NCBI GenBank assembly: GCA_000165425.1 | Contig: CT868661.1 | Coordinates: 338,293-358,292, forward strand | DNA: 20,000 nt | Reading direction: 5' to 3' | DNA from: Paramecium tetraurelia | Taxonomy: Eukaryota | Shown here: positions 1-9,555 of the stretch, piece by piece | How the letters are laid out: each line of letters opens with the position of its first letter | Numbering within the stretch: the stretch's first letter is position 1 | Position numbers and translations under genes: made by a program | The notes under the pieces: model-generated | The model's input: only the letters and a program-made list of their open reading frames with translations | The model's database searches: none | Told to the model about the DNA's origin: nothing

Positions 1-3
1 AAA

Positions 4-2445
4 TCAACTAAAAAGATAACTTAAAAGTTTTTATAGTTCATTTTTATTGACAGGTTTACTTATAAAATGAGACATGCCTATTTCATAACAGTATTATTTG
101 GTTTCACTGTCATTGAAGGCTGTGCAAGCTATAATTATGGGAGCATCTTTCTAGTACTTCTCAATTATGGCTTTAGTAGTAGCAAATCCATCCATTATTG
201 GCATATTGATGTCCATAAATATAAAGTTATATAAACAATGGGCTAGACATATATATTATAAATTTTTTACCTTAATCCAATTTAGTCAATGCTTCTTGGC
301 CATTGTAGGATGCATCTGATTCTTAATTGAAGGACTTTAACATAAGTTACAATCCTAAAATATTGATCATTTCATCATCAACGATGAGAATCTATTTGCA
401 ACTGCAATTCACGATAACATTCTCAAATTCATCACAAGAACTTTGTTTGCTGGATTTGCATTTTTGTGGAAAATGAGACTATCTGATATTTTAAAATTAG
501 AGTCTTTTTTAATAATCCTCTTCGTTTGTTTCCTCATTAATACTGTTTAATTCCTTAGTAGTTTATTTAATTTATTTTGAAAAGAGTGCTCCAAATTTAT
601 CCTTCGTAGTAAAACGCTCTTTCACTAATTCATCATGGAAACTCTTCACTTTTGGCAAAAAAACAGTACTAAAGTTATTAGTAAATTGATTTTTGAAGAA
701 ACTTACTCCTAAATCAATCTGAGATTGCTTAAGATCAATAATAGCATTTTTGCCTACTTTCAATATTCCACTACCATTATCTTAAGGAGCAGTAAGAGTA
801 TACGTGATACTGAAGGGTTCATTAATAATCTTGAATACCACATTTGTACCTTTATTCTCTTAATCACTATAATATCTTATTCCACCACCCTCTTCGTATT
901 TTAGATTGCTTAAACTCATGGCAATCTTATTACACAAAAAACTGCCTAATCCAAACCCTGCAGTATTTTTAGAGATCTTTTTTTCCTGTTTATAATTATA
1001 TTTAAGCATTTCAGTTAGATCGTCAATTTCATTTTAGGTCATCCCAATACCTGTATCTTGGATCTCAAATTAAACGTATTTGTTTTATTCAATTGATTTA
1101 ACTATTATTTTGATACCTCCTTAGGATGTAAACTTCTACGAATTCTAAATAAGAGTGATCAATATTTGTTTAAGTCTTCTCCCATCAGTTAAAATAGTTT
1201 TCTCAGCTAAAAAGATTTCGTAGGTAATTTTGAGACCCTTTTGTTAAAGTGTGTGGAAAAAGATATTTATGACTTCTTCCAACAATTAAATGATCTAAAA
1301 TTATTACATTATTTACATCTATCTTTTCTAATTGCAATTCAAGTTTTTTCCCTTGTATATTATTGTAATCCACCATGTCCAAAACAAAGTTATGCATTAT
1401 CAACCCCATAGATTTAATAGGCATAAAATAGGAAAGCATATCAGAATTAGAGTATTTTTCAATGGCGACTTATGCTATGGCCAATAAATAATTTAAGGAG
1501 GTTCCAAATTCGTGTGACATTGTGCTTAGGAGTTACTTCAAAATAACAAATATGTATTTCTGTTTTAAATATCTGTCTCTTTCCTCAAGTTCTAAAAATT
1601 ATATTTTGAAATCATGTGTGAAAATAATTTTTATAAAGTGATTGTTGAGCTTTGGATGACTGTAATCCAGGATCTGAACTATCATTGGTAATCTGTTTGC
1701 TCGAATTTAATCTAGCAAATTTTGCAGAGAACAGCCTGGGTTCTTCCATTAAAGAATGGATTTGGAATTCGAATCAATTTTATTGATTATTAAATCATGT
1801 AGGATCGATTACAAACTAATTTTTAAATCTTTCAGTATTGAACTTTAATTCTAAAAACTTGTTTCGTTAAATTGGTCATCCAAATACAATACAGAGAAAT
1901 TGGGATCTGGGCTTCTTTCGGGAATTGAATCATATCCTGTATACTGTATTTTTGAGTGAACCATTATTTCCGGTTTCTTTTAATCTTTCTGCATTTAAGC
2001 CAAAAGATTGAAACTTTGAATAGCCGATAAACAAAGAAAAGCAAAAATGCTACGAAAGATTTGATGTATTTCGATAGCAGTTCCAAGTGTAAATAGGAGG
2101 ACTAGTAAAGCTATTTTTTATATATTTTGTAATAATACCTAGCCATTCTAGTATTAACAGTTTAGAAACTTATTGAAACGCTATTAGACGAATTATTATA
2201 TGATATGCCCCTGTAAAATATTTATATTGCGAATTTGGCATCAAAAAAAAAATTAAGATCGCTTAACTCAACAGTATTAATCTTTAAAAAAGCTCTGGAA
2301 GTTTAAGTTTATAAAGTAAAAGTAACACAAACATTCCGGCAAGTTCCAAAGCCAATGCTATAACTTCTTTTGGTTCCTCAAATTCTGTTAATGCTATAAT
2401 TGTCGAAAGGCTCTGTGTTGTGATCAGACTAATAAAAATTTTCAT
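4..2445 (-). CDS. Membrane-associated hybrid sensor histidine kinase (hydrophobic N-terminus + HisKA + HATPase_c + receiver), ~787 aa
   Basis: Code-6 translation with introns 2111-2138 (28 nt), 1295-1316 (22 nt) and 243-270 (28 nt) gives 2364 nt in frame. H-box LSTMSHEFGTSLN (His 1512-1514), N-box RLKQILITLIQNSQKFT, G1 IQDTGIGM, G2 TAGFGLG. Receiver motifs ILIVDDE, FIFMDINMPIMDG (Asp 211-213), IIACTA, GMSHFISKP. TGA at 4-6. Start ATG 2445 (MKIFISLITT) is inferred; an in-frame TGA lies just upstream. Confidence 0.93.
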
Positions 2446-2698
2446 AATTAAATAACATCACTATAATAGTATATAATTAATCAATAATACAAAACAACAT
2501 ATCTCTTCAACTTAGCATGATTTAACACAAATAACATAAGTCGATTTATAAAACATGTTACTAGTTAGCGAACTAAACCTAGTCCTGATCATCGGCTTTG
2601 AAAATACTTTTAAAATATATTTTCATATCTGTTCTTAAATTGGGTAAATTTATTCGTACAATATACATTTGTAATATATCTAATAAAATTAATATAAA

Positions 2699-3948
2699 AT
2701 GTAATAACACTAATAATAGAACCCTGATTCTGTCCCTTTGGATATATTGTTGGCTCAACTAAAAAACCCCTTGATTGTCAGAGAAGACCATTAATAATGT
2801 ATTTGCCATATATAATAAAAGTGTTAAAGTAAAAACATCATCAAATGCCTGAAATAATAAATAATAATTATGAACTGTTAGCGGATAAATACTTACTTTT
2901 AAGCAATGCTCTACCAGGATGTTCCCCTGAGTTAATTGTGGAGGAATTTGAGAAAGTTGTGTAAGTAGTAGAGAAATGCTGCAATTAATTTATCGAGAAA
3001 ATGAAGAAGGTAATTAAAGATCTATAGGCATTTGCGAATTATGATACTCAAGTTTTGAAAGGGTATTTAACATAAGCGACTGATGTTTTTTAAAGATGCT
3101 TTTATTTAGCCGAAAAAGACTTCACCAGTTTTGATGTTGACTTTTTGATGGAAAATTTCACTAATCCAGAAAATAGCATTCAAAATCACTTACTAACATT
3201 GATATTTGAAAGAAATCAAAATCTACAGAACGTGATGTCGAAAGTCTATACAGAATAACTGGATTTTGCAGCATCCTTCAGGGCATAATTTGAATAATTG
3301 TGCAATACTAACCATTTTGAACCATTAAACAAATTATTAAATAATTAGAAATAATTTTGGTCTAACAGAGTGAAAAAACAAATCTAAACTTAAAAACAAT
3401 TAATGGAAGAATAATAAGCATAATAAGTATTGGTATAATCGATTATCTAATTTGCTCCTTAAATATAATAATTCTAATAGCAATAATAATATCAATAGTA
3501 ATAATAATAGTAATAATCCTAAATTGTTTAATCGTAGATTTAATAATAACCTCCATAAGATTAATCATGGTTGACTAAATCGTAAATGATTTCTATTGAA
3601 GCTGGAAATCAATAATTGATTGAGACTATGCTTAAATTAAGAGCTCACACTCATGAATTAATGCAATAACATGACAAGGAGTCAAAAAAAGATCCTAAAA
3701 GACATTGCAAATTAGAAGGTGGAGGATCCTTTGGGTAATGAAATTCATAATTACATTCTAGCTATTGCTGGACAGGTGGGTATGGCTGGAAGGGAACTAT
3801 TTATGAAGGCTTAGAACTATCTAATTAATGTCCTTAGTGCCAAGTTCTAAATAAGGACATGCATAACACAGCTAAAAAATTGTATGATCTAGAATATAGA
3901 GATAAAGGGACATGGTGGGTTAGAGCTTGGTTTTTATATAAGAGATGA
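2699..3948 (+). CDS. Hypothetical protein, ~399 aa: helical-looking N-terminal region, polyQ tract, Cys/Gly/Trp-rich C-terminal domain
   Basis: ATG 2699 (MQQHQQQNPDSVPLD), introns 2799-2821 (23 nt) and 3735-3761 (27 nt), TGA 3946-3948. Spliced length 1200 nt with no internal TGA. No family recognised. Confidence 0.8.
3410..3560 (+). repeat. Coding polyglutamine tract (TAA/TAG/CAA triplets)
   Basis: Reads EQQAQQVLVQSIIQFAPQIQQFQQQQQYQQQQQQQQSQIVQSQIQQQPPQ in frame within 2699-3948. Confidence 0.85.
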
Positions 3949-4030
3949 TTATTTTTAATTTATAGCATAATAAAGGAAAATTCAGTTACTTAATAAATAA
4001 TTTTTAATATACCAAATCTATCATTTCAAT

Positions 4031-5621
4031 ATGACGAGCTAAGTTCTTCCATTATAAACTTAAGAAGATGAAAATTTAAACTCAGACAACAGTTAATCTG
4101 TAATATCCAAAAATTCAAGTGTAAGATAACAACCAACTGCACCTGTTCCGATGCCTCCTAATAAATTAAGAAAGAGAGGAACGGTGTAATTGGAAAATGA
4201 AGTTGAGGAAGAAGTGAATTCTATTTTTCATCTAAGCGTTATATTGATAGCGATTTAGAGTGGAAACTTTTCTTTGGGATATTCCTTATCTTATTTATCA
4301 ATGTCGTTCACAACTTTATTCTCATAAATGTATAAATCTATATTAGTAATAGTACTCTAAAAGGATCGGAAATTGAAGAGCAGGGTTTGTTCAGTGCCGT
4401 CTTATCAATAGGTTAAGTAGTAGGCGCTTTGATGACCTAGCCATTATTAAAATATACAACGAGAAATTAATCACTTTTAATAGCTGATATATGTGGAGTT
4501 TTGAGCATTTTGCAAGTTGTGCCTAACAGAGAAGTAATTCTGACATTTCGATTCTGTTATGGAGTATGTTTAGGCATATCTACTATCATTATGCCTCTCT
4601 ATGTCAAAGAATTGTGTCCATAGAAATATTATGAATCATTCTCTGTCATGGCAGGTTTTTTAGTTGGAGGAGGATTATTATTTACTAATTTTATGGGATT
4701 GGGATATATTAATGATGAATTAAGAGGAGTCAACTCATACTATTGGTAGATTGTTTTTGCTATCCCTGCATTAATTCATTTTTTGAGATCCTTTATTGTA
4801 ACAGCTATTTACAAAATGGATAGTCCTGTCGGATTGGTTTAAATCAAAATGCCATTGTCAGCCAAATAAATTATAGAGAAAATCTATCAGCCACAATTCA
4901 TAGACTAAGTCCTATTGAAATGTTAGTTAAGAGTGCAATATAATGAAGAGCATTAGGAAGGAATACTAAGTCTTTTTACTAAAAAGCATTTTAAAACATT
5001 ATCCATTGGATGTGTCTTGGTCTTTGTGTATACTTGGTGCGGATTATTTGCTTTGTTCTCGTACAGTTCGTAAATCTTTGCTATAATGTCTGACGGAGAT
5101 ATAACATTAAACACAATATTTACTCTTATTATTGGAATTGTGCAGTTTACTCCTGCATTTATTTCAAAGTATGTCTATGGAAGGTGGGGAAAAAGACCAC
5201 TATTACTTAATGGCCTAATTTTCCTTATTTTTTGTTAGATACTCATTATTGGTTTGAGTTACTCTGATGCTTTGGTTGCCACTATTATTAAATTTATTAT
5301 TATTTGTCTCTTCTCAGTTCAATATGCTATGACTTTAGGACCTATTACATGGGTAATTATATATATATAATATGAATTTAGTCTATGACGCCTGAAATCA
5401 ATTCGAGCGAGGGAACCTACTTTTGTTTTGTTACTTTATATGCTTGGCAATTACTTGTTTTATACATATTCCCATTTATGTTAGATGGAATTAAAATGAG
5501 TGGAGCATTCATTGTATTTGGAATTTTAACAATTTTATCAACCATATTCTTTTACATTTTTGTTAAAGAAACAAAGGGATTAAACCACAAAGAAATAGAT
5601 AGATTATATGGGAAAGAATGA
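4031..5621 (+). CDS. MFS sugar porter (GLUT/Sugar_tr family), ~512 aa
   Basis: Introns 4330-4352 (23 nt) and 5353-5381 (29 nt); spliced 1539 nt. Many hydrophobic segments and family motifs FSLGYS, RFCYGVCLG, MPLYVKELCP, GRWGKR, LGPITWSMTPEI and FVKETKG. TGA 5619-5621. Confidence 0.93.
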
Positions 5622-5815
5622 GTCTAAACAATGTGAATATTTAATCAATGTTAGAAATCATTTGTATTTCAAAAATCATTTAATAATTAATTTTTGCAAT
5701 TATTTCAATAATTATCATTTCAATTCTATCAAGAGTACTTTCTGATTAATACTGAGTTTCTCTAATAGAATTCAACCGTCCTTGAACTAGTTGTCTTTCT
5801 AAAAAATAATTATAA

Positions 5816-7394
5816 ATGTAAAAATACTTTAAGAAAATATTCTTCCAATAAAGCAAAATGGCAAATAATGTATTTTAATGCCGCTTAAAAGGCTATAATC
5901 AATAAGACTATAATAATTATATACATCAAACTATTGACTAAGATGAGACATTATTGGATATATTCTAAGATCAGGAAGGATAATTGGGATTTAACAACTA
6001 TCTCAAACATGAAATTTTTAATAATCCAGATTAATTAAGATCAGATTTGGATGCTATATACGAATAATGGGAAACCAACGCTAAAATCCAATTAAAAAGA
6101 GTAGAAATCTTTAGATTAATAATGTTAATGTACTTGGGATTGTTAGAGCGAGATTTCTCATAAGGAGGATTTTATTTAATTGATATGGTTTACATAAAAT
6201 CTAACAAAAGTCATCTCTGTGAATAGAAATTAAAATGTATTAAGCACTATATAAAAACATTCTATTTAAATCAAGAAACCATCAAGGATGAATATTTAGT
6301 ATTTTCAAAGAACTCCATAACTAAAGAGGACTTCAATAAAAAATTTGAGGAATGTAATAACCAGGTCATTGATTTTGAATTTTCCGAATTGAAAAATGAA
6401 ATTCATTATAATTCTACTGTTGTTGATTTTGCTGATGAAAACATTGGAGGACTTGTTCTTGACACTTGGAATTGCGCATAGGAAGAGGTAAAGTTTTATT
6501 TTATTTTAAACTAGATTATAATGCTCTTATATCCTGAAGCAATTACATGCATGATTTTTATCCCAAAGATGAAAGAAACGGAAGCAGTACTTATCGAAAA
6601 TGTGAAAAAATATAGCAACTATACAGGATATGAAAAGTCATTTATAAGCTTCCCTTCTGAGGATATCAAGGAAAATTATAATGTTCTGGTATTCATCATT
6701 TAATAATACAAAGGCAATTGATGCTAAACCATTTTATAGCGAAGACTAATTTACAAAAGAAAATATCTATAGAGAATTGTTAAAGTGTTATGCAGGGTTT
6801 GAACTTTCCTTAAAAAACAAGCCTAATTGCGTTATTTCTACAGGGAAATGGGGATGTGGAATTTTTAGAGGCAATATTTATCTGAAGACATTGATTTAAT
6901 TCGTAAGTTATGCTATTGCTACCAATCAAGTTAAACAATCAAACTCAAAAATAATTATCAATTGTGCTAATGATTAACATTTATTTAAATTTGGAACCAC
7001 GCTAAAATAATGGTTATAATAGTATGGAACTTAACTTAAATTAATTAATTTAAAGGAATCAATTTTATTTTTATAAAATGGAATAAATGATGGCATGTTA
7101 TAAAATTATAATACCGAATTGATTGACTAGATATTTAAAATTTTGACAAAAGATATTCCCTAATTCCAAACTTTGAGTTAAAATAGTAAATCTAATGATA
7201 AAGTAGATGAACCATAATATGATATTGAACAAGAAGAAGGTCAAAATGAAAAATTTAATAAAAATATAGAAAGCCAATAATAGGATTAAGAATAAAATTA
7301 GAAGGGATATATAATTACTAATTAATAAAAAGTTGCTCTTGCTGCTTTTGCTTTTGGCATTTTTTTGGCTAGAGTCTACATATATCAAAGTTGA
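5816..7394 (+). CDS. PARG: Poly(ADP-ribose) glycohydrolase (PARG catalytic macrodomain family), ~508 aa, with C-terminal hydrophobic segment
   Basis: Introns 6488-6514 (27 nt) and 6689-6713 (25 nt); spliced 1527 nt. PARG motifs in canonical order: QKLKCIKHY, VDFADENIGGLVLDTWNCAQEE|IIMLLYPE, YSNYTGY (Tyr-clasp region), AIDA, RELLKCYAGF, STGKWGCGIFRGN. The start could be the second ATG at 5858. Confidence 0.9.
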
Positions 7395-7816
7395 GGTTTA
7401 ATAAAATATATTTCAGTTATTTTATACAAAAACTAGATAAATATAATTAATTCTCTTGACTTTCGGTGTTTTTTAACATTTCTATTAAACCTACAAATTG
7501 AATTTTTTTTTCATCTAAATCTACAACTCTTTTAATTAAAAAATTAGTAGTTTTGTAGAAATTATGGTTTATGAGAGTTACATCTAATTTTAAATTAGCC
7601 TATAATCTTAATGCTAATTCAAAATATTAATTCTAATAACTCAAATTTAAATATGAATGATACTGAAAAAGAAAGGTTATTAGAATAAGGTTTACCAAAA
7701 AAATGAATAATAACAATAATAAGGATTGATTGATATGTTAGTGAATCTTCTAATTGAATAAATGAGAATTTTATTTAATAAGTTCATTGATAGTTTAACT
7801 TACATGTGAATATTAT

Positions 7817-8926
7817 TCATATTTCACTAAATTTTCTAATCTATAATTACTTATGTTCCTGATCCCAAGTTACTAAATAATCTCCTGAATCATTCATTGT
7901 TCCAAAGATTTAGTTTGTGTTAAATTTTATTGCTTTTTCTTATATAAATTTTCCATCGGCCCTTTTTCTTAACATATTTATATAATTGCCATTCTTATTG
8001 ATTAAAAGTTATTTCTAATGAATAAATTTCTAAGGGAAATAATAGTTGGTATCAGTACTACTATCAACTGGTATTTCCATTTCCAAATAAAATTATTTAG
8101 ATGTGCTGTTCCAGGAATAGAGTTCTAAAATATTTTTATTTTTTGGTTAAAAAGTAAACTAATTATCTCCAATAAAGCACAGTCTTTTACCTTGTTCATG
8201 CACAAATATTCGCTATATAACAATCCACTTATTAGTAAATGGAGACAATTCCATTACTAATATTGACTTATCTTCAGAACAAGATATCAACTTATTTTAA
8301 GATTCATTAATACTTAAACTTAAGACATTTGATGTATGAGTAGAAATTGTTTAGGAGCATACCCATTCAATTTATTTCACCCAAAATTTAATTGTTTAAT
8401 CATTGCCACAAGAAATAATGAGATCTTCATTTTTATTCATAATGATATGTTTAATAGGTTTTGAATGGCCTGTAAGTCTTTAAAAGATAAGCCATTAATG
8501 ATTTTAATCTTAATGCCAAACTAAAATTGAAGAATCTTCTCCACCTGATATAAAATTCTATGAATTCTTCATAAAATATATGGCTCTGACAAAGTCAGTA
8601 TTTTCCAATTTCTAATTCAATAAGGCTTTCCCATTAGTGAACTCAAACAACTTAATATATGACTAGCAGCCAACAGCTAAAATTGTGGAATCTTTATTAA
8701 ATGCAAATGAAAAACACCATTCAGGTTCTTTGATAGAATTTTCTTGCAATAATTAGTATTCAAAAGTATTAAATTACATTTAAGGATTAAAAGTTATCAT
8801 ATTATTTAAAAGGACTTAATTTATCCAAATTATAATCATAATGACATTTAGAGAGCAGACAAAAGAATACTTACGAGCCTTTTTTTCTAGCGATTTTATG
8901 TATTCTTCTTAATTATTAATTATCAT
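7817..8926 (-). CDS. WD40-repeat beta-propeller protein, ~369 aa, intronless; 5' end uncertain
   Basis: WD repeats NFISGGEDSSILVWH, LTGHSKPIKHIIMNKNEDLIISCGNDQTIKFW and HTSNVLSLSINESQNKLISCSEDKSILVM. C-terminus FGTMNDSGDYLVTWDQEHKQLQIRKFSEI*, TGA at 7817-7819. An in-frame TGA at 8966-8968 bounds the ORF upstream; the first ATG after it is 8926. Confidence 0.85.
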
Positions 8927-9555
8927 TGTTAAATGTATTATTAAAAATATTAGCTTTAATAGAATTCAAATGAGGGAATTATTAATTTGATTAACATAAT
9001 TAATTTTGAAGACATGTAATGATAAAACCTACCATAGTAATATGGATTCTACAAAGCGGTTGGCGTGTATTCAGCATATTAAATGTTATTCAAATTATTT
9101 ATATTAGGAAATGAGCATTTTTGATTATTTGATTATATTTTAAAGTTGATTCCACAAATCTTATTCTTTATATAAATGTAATTAGGCAGTTGTAAAAATA
9201 GTTGGGTAGATTTGGAGAAGATTCCATTTATCCAATTTTGCTTTTAGGTTAAGGATTATTTGTTTAATTGATAGATGTTACGATAATACCCTTTCTTATA
9301 ATCATATTAGCAAAAAAATTGATTCTCGAGTTAATTAGAATAAAGCTAGATAAACTGGTTTAAGATGATGGTAAATATATGTATTAGATTTTTAATAAAT
9401 CAAATAAATTCATCATATATCAAAAAAAATCTTCCATAAATTTTAACAAAAATTTACTATATTAGATTTTGATGGAATCAAACAAAATTATTTATTCTAT
9501 TATATTATTGGAATTTTTTAGCCATATTTTATTCTTAAATTATTTATTTTTCTAA

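Noticed and set aside
4..2445. Bacterial origin or contamination suggested by a two-component kinase
   Set aside because: The gene has three tiny spliceosomal introns and uses TAA/TAG as Gln like its neighbours; hybrid kinases are native to ciliates.
7098..7388. ORF-track 96-aa hydrophobic minus-strand ORF
   Set aside because: Antisense shadow of the Gln/Glu/Asn-rich PARG 3' end; complementary TAA/GAA/AAT codons produce spurious Leu/Phe/Ile runs.
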